Assembly (NCBI GenBank): GCA_010093995.1
Contig: ML992506.1
Location: forward strand, 1,105,109 to 1,169,108
DNA: 64,000 bases
Direction: 5' to 3'
Source of the DNA: Elsinoe ampelina
Lineage: Eukaryota
Below the pieces are notes generated by a model that saw only the letters and a list, made by a program, of their open reading frames with translations, was not told the origin of the DNA and did no database searches. This document shows, piece by piece, positions 23,646 to 35,423 of the stretch; position 1 is the first letter of the stretch; every line of letters starts with the position of its first letter. The translations under genes and the position numbers were made by a program.

Positions 23646-26600
23646 TCAAACCGGCGCCCTCCCCAACCCCCCACCTCCCTCTCTAACATCCACCCTAATC
23701 CCCTCAAGCAACTGATCCAACTCCATCCTCTTCTCCTTCCTCTCCCTCGCCGGACCAGCAAAACTAGTCCCCCAACTCCCCTCATACTCGACCAAACTAT
23801 CACTCTCATCATCAACCCCACTCGTAGCCCCACTCTCGTTCCTACCGCTCACACTTCCCCCTGCCCCCGCCCCTCCCAAACCAACAGCACTGGCCCCCCT
23901 CCTCGCCTCCTTACTCAAACTCGCCGCCCGTCTCGCCGCGGCAGCCACAGACGCACTTCTCTTCTCCACCGTCAAGCCACCGTAGCCGCCACCTTCGCCA
24001 CTCCCCGCCCGCGCCCGCGAACTGGCGCTCACGCTCCTCGGCACCACCACTTCCCCGTCAAGGATACGCTTGAGTTCTTCCACGCGGATCTGCTCCCCCG
24101 AGCCGCCCGTGCCGCCGTTCGCGAAGTCGTGGCGATCGAACTTGCCTGCCGCAGCGGCGCCGACTTGGCCTGGCGCAGGGGAGCGGCTGCTCCCTCTTCG
24201 CATGCCGGTGATGCTGTGCGCGATGCTGGACGCGCGAATGGAGTTTCGGCAGCTGCCGGCGGAAGGGGGTTGGGGGGACTCGTCCTCCTCGGGAATGCCA
24301 GAGGAAGAAGAGGAGGGGCCGGGGATGAAGGATGTGCCGTTCTTTGGGGAAGGAGGGTTGGGGACGGAGGGGACGTTGGGGATTTGGAGGGCGCGGAAAT
24401 CGTCGAGGGGGAGAAGGGAAAGTTTGGTGGAAATGTCCTCGAGTTCGGCGTTGAGGGCGGAGAGCTCGAGGTGGATTGTGCGGGAGGGGGTGAATTTGTC
24501 GTCGGCGCTTTCGGTGCTGCCAAGTGTGGGCTGGAGGATGTTGAGGGCGGTGTTGAGGTCGAATTCTTGTGGAGGGGTGGGGCGGTCTTCGGGAGCTTTG
24601 TCGGTGTCTTCCTTGAGGCTCTCGACGACGCCGAGGTGGATGCCTTGGAGTACAGCGGTCTGGTTGCGCTTGCTGGCGGCTTTCTTGGCTGATGCCGTGG
24701 ACGCGGCTCGTCGTGCAAGATCAGTGTTCAGCGACTTGCGCTTGCGCTGTTTGTCTAGCTTCTTTTCCTCTTCGATCGACTTCTCCAGGCCCAGCTTGGG
24801 CATCTCGAATCGGAGCCACGTTCGAAAGGCTTTGACAAACGCAGAGCGAACAGTAACATCCGGGTCTCTCAAAATCCAGGTCATGCCCTCCCATACGTTC
24901 AAAGGCACCGGGTTGCGATGCGTTGAGACATAGTTTTGTCCGACTTCTGTAGCACGATTGGCAGTCGCGAGAATCCGAGCGATGGCGAGAAGAGCCGTCT
25001 CACGGGCTGTGGGCGTAGCGAAGAAGAACCCAGCAGCTATCAGACGAGCAGACGTGCCCCGTGGTGACGAGTTTGATGTGACACCTGCTTCAGAATGTGA
25101 CGCAGATCCGTTGTCATCACCGTTGACTGACAGCATGCCTCCAGAAGTGACAGACGCATTGTGGGGCACCTGTAGACTGTTGTTGTGCATAGGTAAGGAG
25201 GGCTTGAGTCGGAGCAGAATTGCGGTGATCATATCGCTGATCTGATCAGTGTAGTAGACGTGGACCGCCAGATTCGAGACACATTGCTGAAGCTGTCGGA
25301 GTAGTCGCATCCGTACAGGGACCTTGCGAGTGGCCTCGGTTTCGATGACTGGGGCAGCATTTGATGCAGCTGGCTTGTCTGATGAAGGAGACGATCGCGC
25401 AGAATCATTTGCTGATCCGTCGTCCGTTGATGAGTCGGGTGAGGCTGTATTTGCGCCTGTCCGTAGGATCTTTAGAATATGCTGAAGCAGTCCAAGCAGA
25501 ACATCCATGACCGACAATCCGATCAAATTGATGTCTGAAGCCAAAAGCTTTGAGATGATCCTCGTGAGCAGAAGCTGTCGGTACAGATCGTCCTCGACAA
25601 TACTGCTCTGAACGAGCATTTCCACGGCGGCAAAGATGGCCACGAATCTGTCCTGCACCGGTGTCCATACACAGATTGCCTTGAACAATTGTACTGCCCA
25701 TTGGTCTTCCCCATCCTCGCTCTGTCTCTGCTCGAATTTGATCGGGTTTGGTCGGTGCGCCACAACGAATCGAAGAACACTGCTCGTGGCTACTCGCGTG
25801 AGAGCTCTGTTCTCAAAGGTAAAGACGCTCTTGAGACAGCGGAGGGCCAGCAGACTTGCTTCTTGGTCTGCCAACCTGTCCGCCTCATCCACTGTAAATT
25901 GTGCTGCTCTTGCGTCTCCGTTCTCGTCATTGTTCAGCGCTTCATGCATGGTCATCATGCTCGGCCTCGGTTTTGGTCCCTTGTCCTTGTCTTCCGTTTC
26001 CAGCTCGGCGTTCAGCTCCATGATCTGATCAAGATCTCCATCTCCGTCGTACAGATTCTGTAGCACAACCGGTAGGACCGTCCCGAGCTGCCTGCCTGCT
26101 TCTGTCCCAAGCGTCTCCGAGTCTGCCGTACTCTTCAGCGCCTGCAGCCCTGCCATCCTCAATTTGACATTATCCGTGACACCCACTCTCATCTTCCCTC
26201 TTCTCTGCACCGTCTTGTGTTGTACTTGCTCTTTCGTCGCGTATCCCGCCCATAGCGCGACCACCTCGGCGTACAGCTCCCGAAAGTCCACATCTGCATT
26301 CAGGCTGACATGATCCTGATGCCTGCAGAATCCATCCCAGGTTGATACCGCTTGTTCCACCAGAACTGCCTCATGCGCGTTCTGTAGCACCTCCTTCAAT
26401 ATCTTCAGGATATACGGCGCAAACAATCCAAACCCGGAAGGCCCCGCGCCACCAATTGCAGGATCATTCAAGAAGGCTCCCAATATCTGCAACGTGATCT
26501 GCACACTCGTCGTCCGATTCTTGTACAGATCGCTGACTGTCTTCTTCTCCAGAAACGAGCCGACCTTGCTGAGTTTACTCCTGCGACTGCTGGCGTAGTA

Positions 26601-26729
26601 AAGCAGATACGACAACTCGCTGCCATTGGGCTTGATCTCAGCGGCCGATGAGTTCTTGGGCAGTCGCGGATAGCATTTGAGTATCAAGACCTGGTGTTTG
26701 GGTCGCACCGACTGCTTGATGGCCTCCAT
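23646..26729 (-). CDS. EFR3: Efr3, plasma-membrane scaffold of the PI4-kinase complex
   Basis: RPKHQVLILKCYP, ELSYLLYYASSRRSKLSKVG, WTPVQDRF, NLIGLSVMDVL, HVYYTDQISDMI. Confidence 0.9.
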   Translation of the reverse strand: MEAIKQSVRPKHQVLILKCYPRLPKNSSAAEIKPNGSELSYLLYYASSRRSKLSKVGSFLEKKTVSDLYKNRTTSVQITLQILGAFLNDPAIGGAGPSGFGLFAPYILKILKEVLQNAHEAVLVEQAVSTWDGFCRHQDHVSLNADVDFRELYAEVVALWAGYATKEQVQHKTVQRRGKMRVGVTDNVKLRMAGLQALKSTADSETLGTEAGRQLGTVLPVVLQNLYDGDGDLDQIMELNAELETEDKDKGPKPRPSMMTMHEALNNDENGDARAAQFTVDEADRLADQEASLLALRCLKSVFTFENRALTRVATSSVLRFVVAHRPNPIKFEQRQSEDGEDQWAVQLFKAICVWTPVQDRFVAIFAAVEMLVQSSIVEDDLYRQLLLTRIISKLLASDINLIGLSVMDVLLGLLQHILKILRTGANTASPDSSTDDGSANDSARSSPSSDKPAASNAAPVIETEATRKVPVRMRLLRQLQQCVSNLAVHVYYTDQISDMITAILLRLKPSLPMHNNSLQVPHNASVTSGGMLSVNGDDNGSASHSEAGVTSNSSPRGTSARLIAAGFFFATPTARETALLAIARILATANRATEVGQNYVSTHRNPVPLNVWEGMTWILRDPDVTVRSAFVKAFRTWLRFEMPKLGLEKSIEEEKKLDKQRKRKSLNTDLARRAASTASAKKAASKRNQTAVLQGIHLGVVESLKEDTDKAPEDRPTPPQEFDLNTALNILQPTLGSTESADDKFTPSRTIHLELSALNAELEDISTKLSLLPLDDFRALQIPNVPSVPNPPSPKNGTSFIPGPSSSSSGIPEEDESPQPPSAGSCRNSIRASSIAHSITGMRRGSSRSPAPGQVGAAAAGKFDRHDFANGGTGGSGEQIRVEELKRILDGEVVVPRSVSASSRARAGSGEGGGYGGLTVEKRSASVAAAARRAASLSKEARRGASAVGLGGAGAGGSVSGRNESGATSGVDDESDSLVEYEGSWGTSFAGPARERKEKRMELDQLLEGIRVDVREGGGGLGRAPV

Positions 26730-27534
26730 CGTTGGGCGTAAGGGGGGGCCCCGGGATGTCGCGGTGTGGGCGGCGGAGGGGAGCGGGGATCAGGGAGGGC
26801 AGGACATCAGGTACTGTAGTGGTGGGTCAAAGACTACTGGGAGCGGCGTTTGGGTGATCGTGTCAAGCGTGAACGGTCGTGGTAACGTTCCGGGTCGCGG
26901 GCTGGGAATTTTGTCTCGTACGGGCAGTTTGGGAAGCGAGATGGGGCCGGTTTGCGCCACGTAATGGGGGCCGTTGGACTCGCGGCAGACAGGGCTGGGG
27001 TCGTCAAGTGGATGCAATTGCACAAATGAAGCCGTCTAGGCGGCGACGGAGGGATTGGAGAAATTGTCTAGGTGGTGAACAGCGGCCCAGAGGCTGCCGA
27101 GAAGGATCCCAAGGCAACGTGGTCACCTTATCGTGCTGACAGGCAGATTGACCCAAGGGGAATTTCAGGGTTCCATGACGTGAATTTCGCTGGCAATCAC
27201 AACCTGAATTAACATGAGGCGACCTCTCTTGCCGGCAATTCGGGGGATCGGCAGCCTTGCATTAATTGATAGGTTCGCGTAGATGAATTGGACACGTGCA
27301 ACACGCTCTGCATCACTTATTGCCCAAGCTCGACATTCACAAAAAGTATACAAGGTCAGAGGATGAGTATTGATTCCGTGTGTGCATGTTGCAATATCCA
27401 TGCTTGATAATCCCATAGTTGTACAATCGAGGGAGAGTCGTTCGTCACGTGTCCCATGTCGTTCATTCATGCCAGTGATACCAATATAGGTATCCATCGC
27501 GTAGTGATACTCAAGGCTTGGACTGAGGGTCCCA

Positions 27535-30059
27535 CTACCTTCCTACAGCTCCCATGCCGAACCTCGCAGTGTTCATCTTGTGAAAGGATCCGATAGGCTG
27601 GAATCCCCTGATATGGATTAGCGTAGAACACATGGCCTGTGGCAAAATACTCACTTCATAAGATCTATGCCATCATCGTCTTCGTTGTCGAACCGTGGCA
27701 TAGCATTGACACTGGGAGCAGGCGCGTGCTGCGGTCGCATGTTCTGTGGTGGTGCTTGATGCTGCATTCCGTTGGTGCCATTCATGCCATTCGCACCGTT
27801 CTGCTGAGACGGGTGCTGCAAAGGGTGAGCCGCAGGCTGGGCCACAGGCTGATGGCCATTTGGCGCTACAGGCTGTTGCTGTTGCTGCTGTACTTGACCT
27901 TGAGATGCAGATCGACTACGCTCAATAGACTGTGCAGATTGTCGACCATCTTGAGGCAAGTTGTGCTCTCCTTTGGCAAATGTTGGGCTCGGCTCGGGCT
28001 TTGCGAAACGACCAGCACCACGAAGAGGGCTGCCGTCACCCAGCTCGGTCGCACTGTTCGGCTGAGGTGGGCTGCTAGCCTCGAAAGGTTCACCGTTCTT
28101 GCTCTCCGTAGCTGACTTGATGTCCTCGTTTTCCTCGCTGTCCTCCTTGATGCCAGCACTCAAGGGCTTGAAGTGTGAGAATGGCGTCTTCATGGGACTG
28201 ATGTCGGTCAGAGGCTTGAGCGGTGTGGAGCCAAACTTCCAGAAGGGTGCCGGGGACGAAAATTCCATAAATGTGGAGGGACGTTGCAGGGTCGATGGTG
28301 GCATGAGCTTCTGGCTGCTGCGGATAGGAAAGGGAGTGTCCAGTCCAAGTCTGTTCTCGTCATTCATGTAAAGAGGCGGAGGCGACCCTGCCGCATTTGC
28401 AGCAGCAGTAAGATGATTGAGCGTGCTCTTAGCGGATGGCGGATAGTAGGTCAGCTCGGGGTCGTTGTCGTCCATGCTGTTAATTGGACGACGAGAACCA
28501 CGATCCGGAGTATAAGCCTCATTCGCAGTCGGATATGCACGGGCATATCGATCGATCTGGGGGCTTCTGGACTCCTCAATCTTCGGCAATGTGCTTGGTG
28601 CAGGAAGGTTGCCACCAAACACAGCTGGACTGGAAGGGTCCGATCCATCACGCACACCACTGGGCAGCGGATTAGGTCTGACTCTGCAGCCTTTCATACC
28701 CTGGCTAAGGAAGTTCTCTCGTTCCTTTGGCGAAATCATCCATTTCATCCCCTTCCCTGGCTCATCAGTCCGGCGAGCAATCTTTTCAAATGCCTTGTTC
28801 AGACTGAGGTTGTGCCTAATCGAGTTCTGCCAACCTCCGGTGTTGTGGCGGTAGAAAGCATAGTTCGCCATGATGTACTTGTAGATATTGTTGAGAGTCA
28901 TCTGTTGTTCGTGAGTAGACATGATAGCCATACCGATGAGTTGGGCATAAGAATGAGGTGGCTTTAAATCCTTGGCCGAGTCTGCGGAATAGTCGATGCT
29001 TTCGGTCGACTCCATCATGACGCCGCGCGAGTAGCCATTAGACGCTGGTGAGGGTCGAGAGAAGCCGGAGTGGAAGCCAGCCGATTGACGGATTGGCGTA
29101 CCAGGAGGAGCAAAGGCAGCACCTTTGGTTCCAGCCGCAGAATGAGGATGCACCCTCGTGCTGGAAGGCTGATCGTCAGAGAAGCCAGGGAGTTGTCCTC
29201 GACGAGGATTTGTCCCATTCGGGGGCTGCTGAAAGCGCCCGCTAGCATCTCCCTCTGGCTCGGTATCATCAGATGTATAGACTTGACGAATGATGGCGTC
29301 CGCAAAGACAGGTCCTTCATTCTCAGCTGTGGGTGTCGTAATGAAGGCCATCTGTGTACCGCAAATGTCGATAACACTTCCTGACCGTAGATATGCCTTT
29401 TGTCCACGTTTCAGTATATTCGTGTCGATCCTTAGACCATTCCGTCCGCCGACAACGATGAACCACTGCCCGCGATCGCCATCATAGGAGATGGTAGCAT
29501 GAAGCCGAGAGGTCTGACGGTCTGGGCCAAGATCTATGGAGATTTTTGACTTGTGTGAGGGTGTTCCGTTCGCTTCTTGATTGCCTTCGAAACCCTGGAT
29601 TTGTTCTGCCTTCTCGTGCTGTTCCGGTCTCCCAATATTGACCTCTAGCTCTTTGATAATATAGGTCCAGTCTCTCCCAGCAATCTTCCCATATCCTGGA
29701 ACATTTTCACGTCCCTCTAGGAGATCGTTGGCGAAGTCTTGGGTCGCAAAGACAAGCCTATCCGGCACCTTCAATTTTGAGATCACTTCGGCTTCGGTCG
29801 GGATGGCTGGCTCGGTGTCTGCATCACTTTGATCACCTCCTTCTGTGCCTTCAGTATCTTCTCGGTCTGGTTGCCTGGTATCCTTGATTTTCCTGCGGGT
29901 GGCTGCTCTGCCAGTGGAACTAGGTGCGTCTGTGGCCCTGCCCCTCTTCCTTGTCGGTCTCGACGGCGTCGCTATCGATTCAGGTGTCTCTGCATCTGAC
30001 GGCTCTTGTATCTCGACTGGCTTGCGCGCTGCGCGAGCTCTTTTACTTGAGGGTGGCAT
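27535..30059 (-). CDS. FHA + forkhead transcription factor (Fkh1/Fkh2/Sep1 family); short last exon after an intron at ~27608-27654
   Basis: FHA region GYGKIAGRDWTYII...SRLHATI...GRNG. Forkhead region KPPHSYAQLI...WQNSIRHNLSLNKAF. Terminal exon GFQPIGSFH. Confidence 0.9.
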
Positions 30060-31798
30060 CCTGTTGTGCCTTGTAAGACTGTGCGCTCAACCCTCGGTCG
30101 CTCGGGTGTCGGTTGGTTGACTCGTCTAAGTTTATGGCCTACGCATCCCCGTCTCTTGACTGTGGCTACGTGTCAAACTGTACTTAGACGCAAGTGTACT
30201 CGTCTGGCGAAGTCCCCGTGAGTCAAGCGCAGTGAAGGTCGCGTGTGAGATGACGGTCCTGACGTGGGGATTTGTTGACAAAGATCGGAGAAAGAAGTCG
30301 ACGGAAAAGCTTAATCTGGACTGAGACAGATCTCTGACTGAACAGATCGGCGAACCAGGCGAGACTTGATCCTCTGAACTCCTCCGCAAAGATGCTGCGA
30401 AGCTACTTGGATCGTACAGGCCGATAGAGCGCTTGATGAGGTCTCTATCAACAGTGTCGTATCACCAACAATCGTTCCTGCGACGTGTTGTTGATGTTTT
30501 TGCTGCCTGTGACGCGGAAGCGTTCTCTCAAAAGCAAAAACGGACTAAATTGGTGCCGCAGCCTTTATGTCCGATGAAGCACGTAGCTTTTGCAAATATC
30601 GCGCTTCTTTGTCGATAGTTTTGTGAAGATTTGGACTACAATGCTGCGACCAACTACCAAGTGAACTTTGCAATTCAGTCGACCTCAGGGGCTAAACGTT
30701 CAGTATCTCATATCACATGCGAACGACTGGAAGGTTGCCCGTTTGTACGCAAGCGGTTCCCGCCGCCTGCCACGCCTCGCAAATGTCCAAACATGTGACC
30801 TGAAGCAGACACAGCAAAGATCAGACATACGAGAACCAGACTGGACGTCGGTATAAACGAGGATGGACTGTCCGCAGACAGCAGTCTTCACTCAAGGGAA
30901 GGAATCGCGATAGTCATGGCATCGATATATACATCTCCAGTCCTATCCAGAACCTTATGAGGATTCCTGAGCATCGGATTATAGGAGCCACAGCAAGCAT
31001 CAGTCTCAGTATTTCTTCGTGCGTCCAACACCGGAGAGGCTATACCCTACTACTTAGTGTGCACGCCACCAGATCGTTGCAGTACTTTCATGGACAGAAC
31101 GTCTGGCAGATGGTACACATCAGGTGCACCAAACGTGCCATGTCGTATTGTACACCCTGTGTCAAGATAGGGCCATGTGAAATGACAAATGTGGCCGCAC
31201 TGTCCGACTCCGCCGTACGACAAGTCACACGTAGAACACGTCCGACGGCAAAGAGGTCCGATATAAAGCAAATATAATAACACAAGGGAGGGTCCTCTAA
31301 ATGAAGGAGCCGCATGCCCAGCCGAATAGATATCGCCAAGCAAGATGCGACTCCAGGATTTTACAGGGATCTTGCCCCGTTCAGGACTTGCCGTTCTTCC
31401 TTCTTCCAAGTTCCTGGCGTTTGACGCCTCCAGCAGCAAGATCGACCAAACAATCTAGACAACCATCACTTGAGCCGCGATGGACCGAGTGTTTCATGTG
31501 AAGGGCTGGTGTCCAGTCGTACACGCTGCCAATGCATGCGGAGCCAAGGGGCCGGGAATTGCGTGCGTCTCTTCTGTGTGCGGCTTCCAGGTTGGCTGTG
31601 ATGCAGCTTGTGGGGCCTGCAGGTGTACTGCAATTTGGCACGAATCTGACCAACGTAACTCGCCACATGCTCCTCCCATAATAAGTAACATTGTTCTTTG
31701 CGACACACTTCTATACCACTCACTTGCATTCAGTCACTCTTTTGACTTTAGTCGATCTTTCTTTCACAGTCACTCTTTACAGTTCTTCGTTCTTCAAC

Positions 31799-33018
31799 AT
31801 GGTCGCTCTTTCTTCTTTGCTGTTGACTGGTTCCATCCTCGGTGCTGTTTCAGCAGTACCAGCCCTAGGGTCGAGCTCGAAGCTTGACAAGCGCCAGCAG
31901 AGGATCAGGCAGGGTGAGGGCATCGGCCCTGATGGCTTCTTCTACACCGTCTGGGACGATGGCAACATGCAGCAGACTTTCACCAACCAGGCGAATGGAG
32001 CTTTCGACCTCACCTGGTCTGGTAACGGAGATGTTGTCGCCGGGAAGGGCTGGAAGGAAGGCTCTGATCGGTGAGTGATCATCACTGTGCGCTGAACGGT
32101 GACCAATTATTGATGGCATGCAGCAACATCACCTACAGCGGTACCTACACCACAGGTGGCATGAGTTTCCTCATGATCTACGGCTGGTTCGAGAATCCCC
32201 TGGTCGAGTATTATGTCATGGAGAACTGGGACGACACCTCCGATCCATCCAAAGATACTGACATGGAATACATCACCACACTCAACACTGATGGATCTGA
32301 CTACGATGTTTTCAAGAAGACCCAAGTCAACTGGCCTTCCATCATCGGTACAGCCACCTTTGCCCAATACCGCTCCGTCCGCAAGGGAGGCAGGCGTACC
32401 AGCGGCACTGTCCATATGGGTGCTCACTTCGATGCTTGGAGGGGCGCTGGCCTCACTCTCAACGAAGGACACTACCAGGTCGTGGCTGTAGAGGGTATGC
32501 AGGCAGGCAGTGACGGCAGTGCTTCCATCACTGTATCCCAGGAGAACTCGAATTCGCCGGCACCTGTGCTCGCTCCAAGCCCGTCTCCGGCCCCATCCCC
32601 TCAGCCATCCTCGGAACCATCCCCGGAGCCGTCCCCGGAGCCATCACCCGAGCCATCGCCGGAGCCCGCTCCCGCACCACCAAGCTCCTCCGCCCAGCCT
32701 GCGCCACCTGTCTCCGAGACCACCTCCGTCGAAGCTCCTCCTGCACCAACCTCTGAGCCTGTCCCAGCTCCGCCTACACCAACTCAAACTCAGCCTGCAC
32801 CGACTACTCCGGCACAGCCTCCGGTCATTCCCACCACGACTCAGTCCTCGTCCGCAGCACCTACACGTGCCTGGAAATGGTGGGGCCGCAAGCAACGCAA
32901 GACTCGCAAGAGCAGCACTGTAGCCGCTCCTGCCCCTACTCCACCTCCTCAGGAGAGCGACGTCGCCGTGACCACCACTGTCAAATTCGTCACAGTCTAC
33001 GAAACAGTCGCAGCTTGA
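31799..33018 (+). CDS. Secreted GH11 endo-1,4-beta-xylanase with Pro/Thr/Ser-rich C-terminal tail; intron 32071-32123
   Basis: Signal peptide, LDKR Kex2 site, VVAGKGW, YGW...PLVEYYVME (nucleophile Glu), TFAQYRSVR, VAVEG (acid/base Glu). Confidence 0.9.
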
Positions 33019-33534
33019 AGGATATGAGAATCACGAACAGAAAGATACGAAAATGAATTGCACTTGCATATTAGGAGTCATGACAATCAGATGCTGAGCA
33101 TAAACATGGATGGAGTCTCGGGGCCTTTCACTTCAATGCTCACCAGCGAGCTAGACCGACTAGCATACGTAGGCCGGTCCTTCAATGTGCTTTTTGAAGG
33201 CAAAATTAACATCTCTGCTTGAACAGACTATCGCCCCCTTCGTGCAACGTGAAACTTTGTGAAAGAAACGGCGTGAGATAGGTTGTGAAGTGGAATAGCC
33301 ACATGCAAGCCCTGAAAGCCCTGAAAGCCATAGCCGTTAGACTTTCCGCACGAGCCATGTGATCTCCTGACAAGCTCAGCCCTACGGGCCTGGAAGCAGC
33401 TGACTCAACGCTGTGTTCTTGAACCTTCGACATGTATTAGCAACCGCCGCAGACCGAGCAGCCAGGCAACGAGGCCTACGCGTACACGTTACTAATTACC
33501 GCCGGCGGACATATACCCTCCCTCTCCCGCCATC

Positions 33535-34461
33535 ATGTCATCTTCACACTTAGACCCTCCCGACCAACAAAGCTACACCAAAATGTCCGTCGGCGAGGTT
33601 GAAGCCATCGGCACTCACTGCCAGATGTCTTTCTGCCACCAGCTTGACTTTCTTCCTTTCCGATGCGACTCTTGCTCCGGCAAGTTCTGCCTCGATCATC
33701 GCTCAGAGACTGCACATTCATGCCCACAAGCTGGCGAATGGGCGCGACGACGAGCCGCCCAAAACAGCACTTCCTCGGGCTACACACCTTCCCCAAAGCC
33801 TTCCGTCCTGACTCATGAGAAGCAATGCGCCGAGCTCAATTGCAAGACCCTAATCGATACTCCGCGCATCCAAGGTGTGCAATGCGAAAAGTGTAATAGA
33901 CGGTACTGCCTCAAGCACCGCTTCGAAGAGGATCACGACTGCAAGAACCTTAAACCACTCGGGGCGCGACCACAACTTGAAGCACAACGGGAGAAAGGCC
34001 TTGCTGCGCTGAACAAGCTGAAAGCATGGGGCGCCTCAAAGAAAAGCAGCTTCACCGTGCCACAAACCAAGTCCAAAGCTGCAGCTGCAGCGCAAGTAAA
34101 AGCAACCGTCGAGCTGAAGCGTCTGGCCAAGGGGGACGACAAGGTCCCTGCTGAGAATAGGGTGTATCTGTATGTGGAGGCGGAGAAGGAGACCACGACC
34201 GCCAAATTGCAGAATGGAAAGTTCTTCTACAACAAGGAGTGGACGGTAGGGAGAGTGTTAGATCTGGCCGCAAAGAGTCTCCAGGTGCAGAATGAGAACA
34301 ACAGGGGTGCTGGCGAGGAGAGGAAGTTGAGGATCTTCCATGTCGAAGGAGGCAGGTTGTTGGAGTTCTCGGAGAAGCTGGGAGTCGCGGTGCAGACTGG
34401 GAACACGATCGTGTTGCTCCGAGGCGTGGGGCCCGCGGCGCCAGATCTGATTCAGATGTAG
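33535..34461 (+). CDS. CUZ1: AN1-type zinc-finger protein with C-terminal ubiquitin-like region (Cuz1/ZFAND1-like)
   Basis: Two AN1 fingers (IGTHCQ..CHQLDFLPFRC...FCLDH and C..C.RRYCLKHR). C-terminal motifs AKGD and WTVGRVLD. Confidence 0.8.
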   Translation: MSSSHLDPPDQQSYTKMSVGEVEAIGTHCQMSFCHQLDFLPFRCDSCSGKFCLDHRSETAHSCPQAGEWARRRAAQNSTSSGYTPSPKPSVLTHEKQCAELNCKTLIDTPRIQGVQCEKCNRRYCLKHRFEEDHDCKNLKPLGARPQLEAQREKGLAALNKLKAWGASKKSSFTVPQTKSKAAAAAQVKATVELKRLAKGDDKVPAENRVYLYVEAEKETTTAKLQNGKFFYNKEWTVGRVLDLAAKSLQVQNENNRGAGEERKLRIFHVEGGRLLEFSEKLGVAVQTGNTIVLLRGVGPAAPDLIQM

Positions 34462-35423
34462 CTACGGTGGGAAGGACATGCATGACAAAAGAGGATTCAT
34501 TTGGTGGCCAGGAAGCATAGCGAGGCGTTGCAGCGTAAGATACCCACCATAGTCATGGCATAGCCATATTGGACTTTTGTTACCATGATCAAACAGATGT
34601 ACTCCCCCGCTGTGCATGTGACATGTGGAAGAATTTGGCATGTGAAGTTGCACGTGAGAAGTGGCGTTCCGGCCTCATCTCGTAAGCACCTCATCTGCTG
34701 CACTTCCCACCACTATATCGACACCAGGAGATCCGCCCTACGTGGTATGGGCTTCTGGGACTCTTTGAACCCATTCCACTACCCAGTGGTGCCCCTCAGC
34801 TATGCTAACACAGCACATTCATGCAAGACATGCCTTCCATGACCAGATCCATCTGCTACATATCATGGTACGTTGCACCATTGCTCTTGCATACACATCC
34901 TTCCATACACTCTTTTTCTGTCTTTTTGTCCACGTTCCAGACCTACTTCAGGCCAAGAAAGATCTACCTACAGAATGCATATCACCTTCACGTCGTTACC
35001 TCATTTCTCCATTCCCCCCGGACTTCCTTTGCATATTGGACATGTACTGTACTCAAGTCCTATACGTCTCTTGAGCTAGCAATATGATGGCGCTTCACCC
35101 GCTGTCATCTAGATCTGCTCGACGAACCCGCGGAACGAGCGGAGTTCACCTACACACGAGCAAAAGGCACAAGGCGTCCTACACAAGTGATACTTTCACA
35201 ATGCCGATTCGGTACGCAAAGAACATATCTCTCTGATGCACATGTCAGCTCCCTAAATACTGCTGCTGCTCGTCCTCGCCAGTTCCGAAAAGGAAGGCTT
35301 CGGAGCCGCGATTCGAGACCAGTCAACCACCGGCCAGGTCCGACCCTTTTTTGCTATTAGTTATATTGTTTTTACCCCGCTCTGATGATCTGGAAATCAT
35401 CTGAAAACGGTGACTTTCATCAG

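Noticed and set aside
23619..24933. Long antisense ORFs (357 aa and 287 aa) opposite EFR3
   Set aside because: Low-complexity, stop-poor shadows of the GC-skew island, with no recognisable motifs.
30690..30696. GGCTAAA as an XlnR site for the xylanase
   Set aside because: A single short match ~1.1 kb upstream, which cannot be told apart from chance.
35090..35352. SRP RNA or RNase P/MRP RNA
   Set aside because: No convincing Alu-domain start, helix 8 or CR-I/CR-V motifs. The GGGCCTAA/TTAGGCCC pairing downstream is explained by the tRNA acceptor stem.
35384..35404. TGATGA...CTGA as a box C/D snoRNA
   Set aside because: The boxes are only ~11 nt apart, too close for a snoRNA.
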